DNA from: Owenia fusiformis
Taxonomy: Eukaryota
DNA: 64,000 bases
Direction: 5' to 3'
NCBI GenBank assembly: GCA_903813345.2
Contig: CAIIXF020000001.1
Span: 3,596,001 to 3,660,000, forward strand
In this document: one piece after another, positions 41,840-55,300 of the stretch
Layout of the letters: every line of letters starts with the position of its first letter
Position numbering within the stretch: the stretch's first letter is position 1
The notes under the pieces: generated by a model
The model's input: the letters and a program-made list of their open reading frames with translations, nothing else
Databases searched by the model: none
Told to the model about the DNA's origin: nothing
Translations under genes and position numbers: made by a program

Positions 41840-44800
41840 TATATTGTATCTGTAATTTCAAGTGGTTTAAATATATTCCTAGTAGATGGACATTTATATT
41901 GATTCTTTATAACATCTAAGAGTCTAATCTATAATACAACAAACTGTATGATAACAAATATATAAAGCTGAGCTAAAAACTCAATATCTGCAAAACTCTT
42001 GCCTGTATCAAATACCCCTTCGCATCAATAGTTCTACAGACAGCCCATGCCACATTGGTAACAGTATCCTGTGAATCAATGGAACAACAAATGATTCAAA
42101 TCATTTCATTAAAAAGTATAATCCGGATCTACAAGGTGGTCCGCTATAATGCAGACAATGAGCCTTTTCTAGAAAACACATGGTCGGAAATGCGCTTGTC
42201 TAAACATGGTCTAAACATAAAATATTGAAGTTTGGGTAGAAAAATGATTTGATATAATATTTAAAGATAAATGAAAAACATTTATTTCATAAAGTTCATT
42301 GTCTCAACAATGAACAGTATCATCTATTTGCTAATTTCAAACTGCAGAAATATGGTAAATGATATACTTCCACCAAAATGCAATGAAATGTTAATTATGG
42401 TGAGTTTATTGTTAATGATGATGGGTTCATTGTTAATTTACATCATCAAAAAGAAACATGGGAATTGTAATAAGTGAGAGATTGATTGAGCTCTACAATA
42501 CTATAGCGTGTAGTAGTCACATCATACAAAGATGAGACCCGTGATAATAAAAGTTTGATTACTCTATTGGCTAATGGTATTGAAATACATGGAACAGTAT
42601 ATATACTAGAATGTAAAATATAACAAACAAAAAATGTTCATATAGGAAGTCAAAGTTCTGCTTTCTAAATACTATCAACTATAGCTGTTAACATCTGTAA
42701 ACAGTTGCAATACACAAAGGGCAACATTTCTAAAACTCAAAAATCACAACCAAATATGGTTGTTAAGATCAAAGCAAAATATGCAGAAATCTGCCAATAT
42801 GCACCATTTGACTGCTTCTACCACGATGATATGTTCCTCAAAAATAATCAATCATAACTGACAGCATTGCTGGACAGTAGTCTCACCTTTAACCGAGGCT
42901 AACCTGATTCTGATGAGTCACAAAATAAACGCCCCCTCTATCTTAGCTTTAGGGCACTCTCTGATCAGGACCAGATTCTGCACAAGAAACAAAAGATTGT
43001 AAAGTCAAAAGCATGCGATTGTAAAAGAAATCACTATGTCCACAACTGAATTGATCATCTTACAAGCAATACACAAAAAGCTCCTTAAAGATCGATGGGA
43101 GATGGATGTTTACTTAGCAAAAAGAAACAATTTGTCCATGACAAATTAGCCAATGTTTTCACAATCGATCCTGAGTTACTATTCTTCTACCTTGCTCAAC
43201 ATTTGTGCATATAATTGTTACAATATGTGAACCATTGTTCCTGTTAACAAGGAACATGTCAAAACATTTAACCTTCTATTGATATACTTCATACGCTTTC
43301 CTTTCTTTAGTTTAACAAACAGGTTTCCAAAAATCATGGAAACACCCTACAAAGCACAGTCTTTAACATCTGGATGATGATTCTAGCCTAAAAATGTTAA
43401 ATTAAAGAAATATATTGCAATTACATATAATTTTTTTTATGGTATTATGTCCCTGTATTCTGTAGCTGTATTGTTGTCTTCTTCCCAATTACAGTCATAA
43501 CCCCTTGGGTGTTCAGAATCAGAAGCTATTAGGTTGGATGAACTAACAATCAACAGAGCAGTGCATATGTTAATTAAATAATATGAATTTGATGAACAAA
43601 CTCAATTTACAATTTCGACAGTTTACATCATGAAGATATAAACAACTATGGATTCTCTTATTCACATATTAACCTTGATACATTCTATTTTTATTATCTA
43701 TATTTTGATAGATAGTTGCACCCAATCAGTTGGAAACCATGCCAAGCAACATATATGCAATAATAGAGGCGAGTTTCCAAGTTTCCGGTGGCTCTGTCTA
43801 GTCGAGGCATCTGTTGGTTTGGCTAGAAGCAGCTACATTTAATAAGGGCTTAGGGAGCCAAAATATCAGACAAGATACATCCAAAGGATAAAGGATGACA
43901 CATGCTCTTTAACAATTAGTGCCACTTAAAAATAGAAGCTGCCGAATATATCTTTTACCAGGTGATCTCAAATGACTAAAATAATCTCATAGGGCTTAAT
44001 TTGTATTCAGTTTAATAATAATTTCTACAAACCGGATGGAATATATTTTGTTATTTGTACTGACATTTTCTCATATTTCATTTTCATATTGAGTGCATAC
44101 CATAATTTCATGTTAGATTTCATTGCTGGATTTGCTATTAGCAACTGTTTTCTCAAGTTTCGTGAGAGTTCCAGCTCAGCCAAGTTCACTCCAAGCCAAA
44201 ATGGGTTTATAATCATATTAACATGGTCACTAATATAATATGTTTGAAAAAAGATGCACCAAGACAATAATCATAGAAGCAACTGTCAGACCATAAAGCC
44301 CAACTTCTGACATCAGGGACACAGGAACGTGCAAACGTTGTTATTTTTTACAGTTAAATATAATTGAAAGTGACGGCTAGACAATGCACACAGTGGTCTT
44401 AAACAATCCCTCTCAGTTTTCTCTCAACTTGATTGAAGTAAGTTAATGTTGAACACATTCATGTTGAAATCTGTATCAAATGTTAACAGAAATGCCCAAT
44501 TCTGGTAGGTCTAAAACTCCTGGTTGGCCACGATTGCCGCAAATTAGAGAATGATTAGACATGTGATAAAAGCACCCTTATGGCGGCAACATGACAAAAT
44601 ATACACACAGGAAAATATAACAGCAATGGGATATGTGGAAATTAGTTTGCACTGGGCGGATTAGAGCGTTGAATTCTTTAGAATCAAACAACAATGTTTA
44701 TATTTGCATTAGCTGATCCAAAAGGAAGTGTTTTGATCCAACAATTAAACCACTAAGTCAATCCTACTTTTATGTGATTATTGCAAGCCCTGAAAGTATG

Positions 44801-45361
44801 TTTTCTGAAGTTGGAGTCAACAAGCAGCTGATTTATATGCATTGGGTATTTGATTCTTGCTGTCAAAATGCTAATTCTTTGGTCAGTCTGATGGAGAGAA
44901 TCAAAGAGAATAATCAGATAATACTGAACCTGGTCACCAATGTAAGCAATTGGTCAAACTGATTCTGAATTATCAGTGTCCCTCTTTACCTAATGCCAGT
45001 ATCCCAAAAGATAGTTCAGGCTTTGGATCTCACTCACTTTAGCATGAGGTTTTGAAACTCATTAATAACTGGAAGTTTGTGAAATATTAATTATCTTTGT
45101 CTTTAAAATTGCCGTTAAAGAAATATTCATTCTTTTTTCAAACTTTATTTAAAAGCAAAGTTCAATGCCCCATTACAATAGGAATAAGGAGTCAAGTCAA
45201 GTATATAAATATAGTGAAAATATCCATTCACTCTATTCAGCCCATTTCTGTCAATAGCATAGGGACCAATACCTAGTGCTAACATTTTTTCAAATTCATT
45301 CCCAACTGACAAAAAAAAAATATTTCAAAATATTGACGAAGTGAGATAAAAAAAATCTATT

Positions 45362-45407
45362 AATTTATTTATTTATTGGCACGGCCACTGATTATCAGGG
45401 CATGGCC
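45362..45407 (-). mobile_element. 3' tip of a LINE/SINE: stem-loop plus (TAAA)n tail
   Basis: Minus strand reads GGCCA-TGCC-CTGAT-A-ATCAG-TGGCC-GTGCC-AATAAATAAATAAA. Confidence 0.45.
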
Positions 45408-45656
45408 TAAACTTTTATAACAATGACAACATGAATATAGTTAACAGAGAATATATAAAAATGTATAAAGAAGTATAATATAGAACAATAAATATAAGAA
45501 GTATATAAAGTATAATAAATATAACAAAAAAAATTACTTCTCTTTTATTTGATTATGTAATAGCTGCACTCAAGAGATAGATAAAGCTTTGTTCCTGAAA
45601 GAAAGTGGAAATATTTTTGAAAAATTCTGGTACTGTAAATCTGGTTGAATTGATAT

Positions 45657-46053
45657 TTGATTTAATTTGGTGATTACTACATAAAATAATAAAAAAAGAA
45701 TTCCCAAGGCAGATTTTTTAATTTCGATATCCATCCCATATCGAAGATCTCTAAATGTTCCGGAGAAGCAAATCTGCCAAAGTACATAGCATCAAATTAC
45801 CATAACCTACAGTACCATAACATGATTAATCATCAAAATACACAGACAGAGGTTACTTGATTTAATTTGGTGATAACTAAATAAAATAATAAAATAAAAA
45901 ATAATTTTTTCAGACAGATATTTTAATTTCAATATCCATCCCATATCGAAGATCTCTTGTTCAAGAAAAGCAAATTTGCAAAACTACATAGCATCAAATT
46001 AACATAACTTACAGTACAACAATATGATTAATCATCAAAACACACAGAGGTTA
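45657..46053. repeat. Tandem duplication of a ~200-bp unit
   Basis: TTGATTTAATTTGGTGAT...ATATCCATCCCATATCGAAGATCTC...CAGAGGTTA starts at 45657 and 45857. Confidence 0.9.
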
Positions 46054-46169
46054 TCCTTGGAAGCACCTTGTAATTGAGAACTTAACATGATTTTGATTTT
46101 TCTCATCATATTTCAAAGGTAATATTTGAGCTAAGTAAAAAGTATGTTGTAACCTGACCTACAAAGATG

Positions 46170-46330
46170 ATATTCGACCTAGACTAGATAATATCATTCA
46201 AATGTATGAATTCACCTTGAAAGGTAACATCAAACATGTGAACTTCAAAGGTAACATTCAATCTAAAATATGACTTTTAAGGTAACATTTAACCTTGATA
46301 TGCAACCTTCAAAAAGTACCTGTGATATTC
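46170..46330. repeat. Degenerate ~30-bp tandem repeat (ACCTTCAAAGGTAACAT core)
   Basis: AAGGTAACAT recurs at about 46221, 46248 and 46279. Confidence 0.55.
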
Positions 46331-48188
46331 AAACAAATCATATGACCACCATTTGTATGTTTGGCATTTAAATGGGATCAAAAACTTGATAAAACATGGG
46401 AGATAATAGACAAAATAATAGGTTCAAGTGCTGTAACAAGACAATAATCATCAAACTTACTATAATAAAAAAGAAATCTGACTAGCTGTTTTACCACTAA
46501 ACTGTTAAAATATCAAATAAGTAAAATGATATCACAAAAATAGACTACCACTGGCCCCTCTAGGTTGGTGGGCCCCATGGTGGTTAAATCAAGAGAAAAC
46601 CTGTTAAAATGACATGCGCCAAATGTAAGTGTTTATCTCTGCGTTCTGTTTTTACCTGCTCCCCAATTAGTCCAATTATTCCTGACACTTGGATAAACAT
46701 GTTTGTTGCCTTTATCAATTAAGCAATTATAATGATGGACTCGTGGACTGGCTTATATTGATAATCTTGTACTAAATTATCCAGAAATAAAAAATCATTT
46801 ATCATCATCAGTGTTTATGCCGAGTCTACTTGTAGATATAAACATATCTGGGATTTTTACATCATATAGATCTTGTTAGAAATGTTGGATATGATTTTCA
46901 AATGTTACGATGTCTCTAATTGGAAGAATGATGTCTTCCTCTACATCTTATGGTATTTCATATATTGCAGATTGCAGAATTTGAAACTGAAAACAAGTTT
47001 TAAATGCAGATTTGCCTTATCGAAATATCTGGTGTTCATACTTGTGGTTCAGATGGTTCAAAATATCATGAATAAACTAGATTTCAATTTTGGTCAATCT
47101 CCAACTAACTTCATTGTTAAGGAAACATTGAAACATGAACATCAGCATTCTGAATACTTTTGGATGGTCCCATTTGGATAAGATAGGTTTTCAAAAGATT
47201 GCAGTGGTAAAAATGGCTACTGAGGATCTACCCGTATACTCGAAAACCCAATGCTACTTGACATAATTCCACACAAAAACCTATTGGAGCAATCTTTACT
47301 GCCAACGCCACATTTAATAACTATTTTGTAAAACTATTAACCTTATTAGATGATCCAGATGGTAAAGAATATGAAACAAATGATTCATAAGAGCAAACAA
47401 TAACTGCAACTTCCATATCTTGTAATAGACTTTAACTTCATTATGGAATGCTATTGTGTTTTTATTGAAATTGACATGAAGTCAAACAATGTAGGAACAA
47501 TCCAATTTTAATTGTACAAAATGAATCACATCTCATTTATACTAGACCAGTATAGTAGGGATTAGCATAAGTAGTTAGTACTTGCTAGCATCAATTGCAA
47601 TTTCTCATCCCCTCCCCAAACATTGAGACACATAGAGCAAGACTCGATGATCATGATTTGACTATAAGACTAAACTACATCTATAACAGCAGCCATACAG
47701 CATCAGTTATATGATATTTCAGAGAAAGGTGACAATGAAGGCATCATTAAAAAACACATTTGAAATCAGTGTTCTTCCCGAGATTGATTTCCTCAAAGTA
47801 TAAAATTCTTGTTTAACCAATTCTTGCCAAACATGATCAAAATATGCTAATTTTCATGATTTCTGTCATCTTTAAGTGACTTTCTGCAAATTTCAAGCTG
47901 ATGCAGTCTCTTGACATGCTTCAATGCTGTGGATCACATCCTATACTAGTATAGACATCTCAATAACAAATAACAAAAAAAAAATTAATGATCTAGAAAT
48001 ACAGATTTTTTCATGTATTCTATGTTTTTGAGAAAATAGAGTAAAAATAGAATAGAAGTTCAAAATAGAATGCCATCTATAGAATTTAGGAGGTAACTAA
48101 TCCTGCAATATTACCAATATATTCCACCTGTAAATACCAAAATCAATAATGCAAAAATAGCCAAATAAACAGGAAAATGTCAAAGAAC

Positions 48189-48238
48189 CTGCCAGCGGGT
48201 GAAACAGTAGCTTCATTTCGGACCATTGCTTCCGGCCA
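48189..48238 (-). CDS. Candidate start-codon exon (MKLLFHPLA from 48216; alternative MVRNEATVSPAG from 48226)
   Basis: GC/CpG-rich island preceded on the minus strand by a long polypyrimidine tract (48250-48276) and CAG. The donor CAG|gttctt is weak. Both frames stay open when joined to exon 22853-22904. Confidence 0.35.
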
Positions 48239-49008
48239 CTGAGATCAATCTCAAAGAAAAATAGGAAAAGGAAAATTGATTTTTAGTTTCACATTCAAAC
48301 CATATCCATTTCAATCTCATTGTTAAAATCAGTATATATGACACAAAGACTGGGAAGAAAAAATGGTAACTAGGTCATCATGATCTACTTATTTCAAAAT
48401 ATATGTAACACAAAACGACTCAAACATCAAAATCTCAGAAACATTGTAGTTTCAGAAGATTCAGAATTAACCAGTTAGCACCTGTCAATGAAAATTGAAC
48501 ATGTATCTATGCTACACAAATATTTAATTTGGTCGAGGGAATATTACACCTGAGTTAGGATTTGGGAAGGACCACTTGGGCTAAAAACAACATCTGCTCT
48601 AATTAGTGCCTCATTTATTGCTGGGCTGGCCACTGGAATAACACAGAAGGCTGTCAATGCTCAGTAGGTCTGTAATAACAGGGAATAGAACAACAATACA
48701 GTGTCTGTAACTTGAATATTATATTTTGACAACTTCTACGGAGGTGCCTACTTTAAAAATTAAAAAGTGACGCCGTTTTACATGTAATCTTTCAAACATA
48801 GATTTCCGGGCTCTAAATACCTGTGGTTGAAAGGGATTGAAAAAGGGTTTTTATCCAGACCAGCTAAGACAATCATTATAAAGGATAATGCCTTGATAGT
48901 AAACATAATGCAAAAGGTAATATTTATGACTGAAGGAATACACTGGTATAGCAGTGTGTTGATTCCATCATTTATTGATATTATGTTGAAAATGGTGATA
49001 GAAGGCAT

Positions 49009-49388
49009 GAGGGCTGTAAATGCATTTGACAATGCAATAAAATACTAGAGGGCTAGAAATGCATTTGACAATACAATAAAATACTAGAGGGCTAGAAATG
49101 CATGAGACAATGCAATAAAATACTAGAGGGTTGTAAATGCATGAGACAATGCAATAAAATACTAGAGGGCTAGAAATGCATTTGACAATGCAATAAAATA
49201 CTAGAGGGCTAGAAATGCATGAGACAATGCAATAAAATACTAGAGGGCTAGAAATGCATGAGACAATGCAATAAAATACTAGAGGAATAGAAATGCATGA
49301 GACAATGCAATAAAATACTAGAGGAATAGAAATGCATGAGACAATGCAATAAAATACTAGAGGGCTAGAAATGCATGTGACAATGCAA
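49009..49388. repeat. 39-bp minisatellite, ~9.7 copies (GAGGGCTAGAAATGCATGAGACAATGCAATAAAATACTA)
   Basis: Near-perfect tandem units. This explains the 13-aa repeat ORF 48968..49465. Confidence 0.95.
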
Positions 49389-52229
49389 ATGACAATGTGA
49401 CAATGATGCAAATCAAGCTCTAGAGATAAATTCATCACATAGTGCGATACACAAATGTAGAGCATATTTTATGACATTGTTATCATTTGTTTCTCATGCA
49501 GGTTCTGTAATTTTAACTTACATCATGTTGTTGAATAATTTCAAAATCATACGAGATGAGACTTATCAATATCACTAAACATTCATTTCAGAAAATCTGG
49601 CTATATTCTGGTTTTACAAAGCCACATTCTTAGATTAACATCCCGCCTTAAAACAAACAATCTACTTGAAATTAGTTAGAATGTTGAGAGGTTGTGAATA
49701 ATTATGTCATTTATTACGGCTCTCTATCAGACTTTGGCCAGAGAGGTAAGTGTTCACTTACCTTCTAACAGCCAAAATCTTCAATTATCTCACTCAACAA
49801 TAAATTGTTAGGATAGTTCAAAATAAACATAGATAGATCATATATTCTATGACTCATCTCCAAGCTGAGGTAACTACTCATCTTAACCCATTTCCACAAT
49901 TAAAATGTATTTAACTCAAAAACCTATATTCCAGAAAAGAAACTTCAAGGAGGTCAAATACCAAAAACATATTATATAATAAATATATCTTTCAGTTTTA
50001 ATGATTTAACATTAATTTTCAAACTTTGCACAGGACCTTTAACATTTCTCCAGCAAGAACCAAGACAACAAGGTCACATCGGATTACAATTATAATTCCA
50101 ACTTGATTAAAACTATGTAAAATTGTTAGAAATGTAGTATATTGTGTAAGAAATGGCGTCTTGGCTGATGACCAAAGAAAAGTCATTTATCACTGTAGGC
50201 TTAATGAGGCTGATTAGGTCCAAGCAGAATAATTAATAAAATGAATTGGAATTACTTGAGCCATTCAGCACATAAGTTCAGGTTATTTCAGTTAAAACTT
50301 CACATTTTAGACTCGTCAAAACAAGAAAAATTGAAAATGTCAAACAATATCAATTTGAATCTAGAGAGCGTGTGAATTCTAGTTCTAATTTCCTAATTCA
50401 TTCTTTGTTGTATATATTGTTCAGTGTCACCAGGGTTCTTTGAACATTGGTCACTAAAAAGGATTGTCTACATACGTAACAATATCTCACCACTTCTTAA
50501 TGGTGACATAGAAACTCGAAGTGTTCACTATAGAGAGGTGTTCACATAAGAGAAGTGTTCACATTAGAAAAATGTCTTAGAACAAGTATGTTACTAGTTA
50601 ACACTACACCCCCAATCCGCACTCTGGAATCACGGTACAAGATAAGGACAGCCACACAAGAATCAATGAATAGGCACATCCATTGAGAAAGACGATGTGA
50701 AAAAATCAAATATCATATTTGTTAAGCATCAAATCAAACTAATATCCAAAATAGAAATGGAACTAAAGAAAAACAACTGAACCATACTGTACATAATAAT
50801 GTATGTCCCTGACGCAAATGACTCCCTACTGTTACAAGGGTGCAACAGATACAAACATTGGATAATTTGAGATAAACAATTAAAACATACATAAGTAAAC
50901 TACACTGATTTCTTCACTAATTCAATTAAGTTACATTAGCCATACAGCTCCAATGAAACATGAGGCACATACTAAAGTTCTAGATAGATCCTTCCATTTA
51001 CATTCCAGTTATAAGCAAAATGCATTAGTAACTGCCCACTTCCCCATATTAGTAATGGCCATTTTCGCCCATTTGGTCTTGCTTTTATCGAATTTTACTA
51101 TTTTTAAATTACATTTCAGTATGTAAGTTATACTTTTCACGTTTCAGTATTTTCCATTCTACTTGTACATGTATTTGAGAGGAAGTCCATTAGTGGACTA
51201 TTATATTTACAGGAAATATATTACATAATGGAGCAGAAAAAGTAAATCTAACATTACTTGGCTGCCAAATAGATTCTCCTGTCACTGTACATTAACATCA
51301 ATACATGTGAAGGTTTGAAGTTTACCAACCTCACCTGTTTATACAAGGCTCCTTAATGCATGGCTGAACTCCTGAATGGCTGCAGATAACATTCATATGG
51401 AAAACTAGACCCCAAGAGAACTTCTAGAAAAATAAACATTTTCATGAAAACTATTAATATTATGCCAAAAGTTCTTCATCTTAGATGGGGTAAGGAGGAT
51501 AAAATCTGATAATATTTGGAAAGATTCCAACATAAAAAATGACCCTCCAGTTATATTATGGTCAGGATCTTCAGCCTTTACTATCCCTATTCCTTCCATT
51601 TCAAGTGTTAGACCAAGCGGGTCTGTACTGCCTATATCCTTTTGCTCTCAAGCATGAGATAAAGAAGAGGGTTGATAAATCAGAATCTTTCAATTTCAAT
51701 TTTTGTTATTTCCAGTTGTGATTGTCTGAGGAATAGGTATCTATTACATGAGGAATTGAAAGATAATGTTTATTCCTAGCTGTACATGTTCACCATAGAA
51801 ACAAAAAAACTTCAGAAGATGATACAAAATAAACACTTAGAAAGAATTCTCTTGAAGTTGTCCCTTCAGACTAAAGGGAAGAAAATGATACAACCACATT
51901 GTGGTAAATACTTCAACTTCTGAAAAAGTTTACATTGAGAAGAACTGATCAAATATCAAAGTTATTGAATATCTACAATGCAGAAAGGTCTAAGTATCAT
52001 CTTTTTCAGAAATTTTGCCTGACAACCATAATGGAAGGATTACCCAGACAGAACAGTTGGCACTTTTTTGTTTAGAAAATAGGCATGACATGGAATGATA
52101 AGTGGAAAAATATTATTATAAAATCGATGATTCTGTTCCAAAACTTATTCTGAACTCATCACTATTTCTTCTACTCCCTTATGAGGCTTTTTTCTCAGTT
52201 CCAAGTTTTTTTTATCTCCCACTGACTGA

Positions 52230-52323
52230 TATGTTAAAAAACCTTAAAAAGTGAACACCTGTTAATCTGAACACTTTAGTTTTGGTCAGTCCCAGAGGTG
52301 TTTGAGTTAGACAGGTTTTACTG
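52230..52323. mobile_element. Tc1/mariner-pogo-type MITE remnant
   Basis: Right end ACAGGTTTTACTG and internal GAACACCT/AGGTGTT motifs as in other copies. The left end is degenerate. Confidence 0.45.
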
Positions 52324-55300
52324 TGTATATCTTTTATTGATATATTTATCACTGCAGTCTATAATATGAAACTTCACTTCACGGGGAGACTTTATTGTAA
52401 AACTGCAAATTGCAATTTATACTTTTCAAGACTGGTTCCAAGAGTATTTAACAATGGGTGCAATATAATTTTTTCAATCCTAAAATGGGTGCAGTGCAGC
52501 ACCTGCTTGCTCCATGCTATAGAGACTATTGTATCTTAATCTGTGTATGGTCTAACAATGATTTTGATTGCCGATTAGTGCTAAATAAGAGAATTTTGAA
52601 TGTTTATCGCAAAACAGGCTTTAACAGTCCAGTGCTGAACTATTTTATTGTCACTTTTGTTAATTACACAAGCTGAAGTATTTATTTAGCAGAATACTTT
52701 CAAATGTTTATACTTTTCATTTAGCAGTCATACTCTAAAACAAATGGCTTAACTTTCAAGCATTTAAGGCATGTCAATACAAATGCATTCAAGGAGGGAC
52801 TTGATGCTGACATTGGTGATAAAATATCTGACACCTTACAAGAGATATGAATTACCTGCGCCCGTAACACACATTAACAGATGTCAAAAATGTCTCTATT
52901 GTGGACATACTGTTGAAATCACTGTCATAGTTATGTTCGGTAGAAATGATGGAGTAGAATTAAGGTAGCAATCGCTTTATTATGGTTCCTAACAATTGGA
53001 ATGTATTTTACTGTTTTACGTGTTTAAATTAGCCCAAGGTATTGCCAGATAATCCTCTGCACTCAGATATAAATTGGTGCCAAATATAACCAGATATTGA
53101 CTAGTGTTAATAGTAGAATATATACTACTTAAACCTGGAATGGTTTAATGATGAGAGGCTCGTTTCCCGTGGTTTTATCGCATTTCAACTCCGAGAGAGA
53201 ACACGATCGTGACAGGGAAATCAAAATACAAATCCTCAAACCTCATCTATGACTCTTTATATATTTTTATTTTGGCTTTTTTATGAAATATCTGGGCAGA
53301 TCAAGATGTTTTTTACATTAGCCATGGCATCTTTTGATGTACATACCTGTAACATATCAGCCAAATCAAAGTTTTAATTGCGGCAACTCCTGTTGTGGGC
53401 TAATGTAATTCTGACAAGTCTACTTCAAGTTTCAAATATAATTACGGCTATTTAGCCTCAACATCTTTACGAAACAGTCATCTTCATAACAGTGACATTT
53501 GCCAGACATACAACAAACAATATTTTCCTTTCATAATTAAATCATTTTTCTGGGGTTGGGGTAAAGGGTGTTTCTAAAGTATGGGGGTTGGTATGCAAAA
53601 ACTTTTAATTTCTACTGCCAAACCCGACCAGATATTATGCATCTAAAATGAAATTTTTCATCAAACTGTTCTTTCATTAAGTCATAAAATAGTCATTATA
53701 TATCTGGCAAGAATAAAACATATATGAATGCAATACGATGTAGGTTTGATTAACTGTTTGATTAAAAGTGTTCATTTTTAATTTTGGAACACCATGTACA
53801 ATGTACTATATGATAAGACAGTTCATATATTTATTGTAGATAGTCATCGGAGACTTTTGTCTGCAATTCTTAGTGTTTCAAGCATTGATGAAATGTCAGT
53901 CACTCACTCGGTGAACTTTTGCTACTGTCAGCATCAATTACAGGAAACATCTTCGAAATAAGCAATCCCATTAAAAATATATTTCCTGAAATTATGTCAA
54001 ATAACCTAGACGGTCTTCAGTTGAATTCATGTTGATGATGTTTTTATTTAATAATACATGCTTTCTTTCTTCATGGAAATACATGCAATTAAATGAACTG
54101 AAGAACTAGATCTTAATAATAAAAATATTCTGATAAGATAAAGAGAGACTCAGATAAATCAGGAAACATAAAATGTGAATGATAGAAATCAAAGCTTGAA
54201 TACAACTTGCATGCTACTAGATGCCATGTAGTATAACAGATGTCTCACTGTGCCATATTTGGCAATCGGACCTGGCCAGTGTTTTCCATGAAATCGGCAT
54301 TTTTGCTTCAGATTTGATTTGTAAGCTTTTAAGGGTGTACATTTGGTAAACTCATATCCAATTAGTAGCATTGAGTGGATTTTCATCTTCATGAGGTATG
54401 GTTCTCATCTAGAACATGAATGCAAAATTAAGATTGATCTACCAGAAAGTTTTCCTTCACTTCCTATATTTTAAATTGGATTCGAAATCCTACGGTAGAC
54501 CACCTATTATTGATATGGACTTGTCAGTTATTTTCTTAAAGCAATAACAGGAAACCATGAATTTAAAAGAACAAAGGGATTAAAGACGGGTGTTTTTTCA
54601 ATGAATAAAAAGACAGTATATAATATCAATAAAGCATGAATGTAGGGCTTATAATCCATTTTAATGTAAAATTCCAACTGTCTGTACTTGGCCCGAGAGC
54701 GAAAATCCCTGAACTTTACTATAAAACAAAAGGCAGGAATTATTTTGATTCTAAAAAATTGATATGTGATCTAAGACTTCCTCAGGAGAAATCATCAAAC
54801 AAAGTAAATATCGACTGCAATCAAATTATAAAATACACGGCAGTGTATGGTGACACGTTCACTGAAGAAATATAATCAAAAAATCAATGTATAGCCCCAG
54901 GCTAGATTTCTAATACATACAACTAACAATGGAAAAGAAATACAACATTTAAACATTACTTCTTGAGACTTATAATATCTTACAAATGTTTTGGTAATTT
55001 CCAATAGAGAGAACATCCAACGTTTATTTAGGGGAACAAAACCAAGTTGTTAAATGTATGGCTGTAATTCAAAAACTACATTCTAATTGTTATTTTAAGG
55101 TCAACTTGTTTTGTATAGATTTACTTTTATTTTTCTGTATAGAATAATTGTGTATTTATTGAACACACATAAAAGGCAATAATTTTACAACACAATCTTA
55201 ATAAGCAAAAAAATTTTGCGGATATCTCAGTGAAACTTACATTTTGTTGACTGTAATTATTGTGATATCATTTGCGATAGATAAATAATCTCAAGATCTA

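Noticed and set aside
47757-47773. 17-nt match to the 3' part of miR-29b (CATTTGAAATCAGTGTT)
   Set aside because: The seed (TAGCAC) is absent and no upstream 5p arm is evident; likely chance.
48968-49465. 165-aa Cys-rich ORF with CIVSCISSPLVFY repeats
   Set aside because: It is the translation of the 39-bp minisatellite, with no splice or compositional support.
51335-51379. 45-nt candidate minus-strand exon (ctgcag|...|gtgagg)
   Set aside because: Weak acceptor tract and no independent support.
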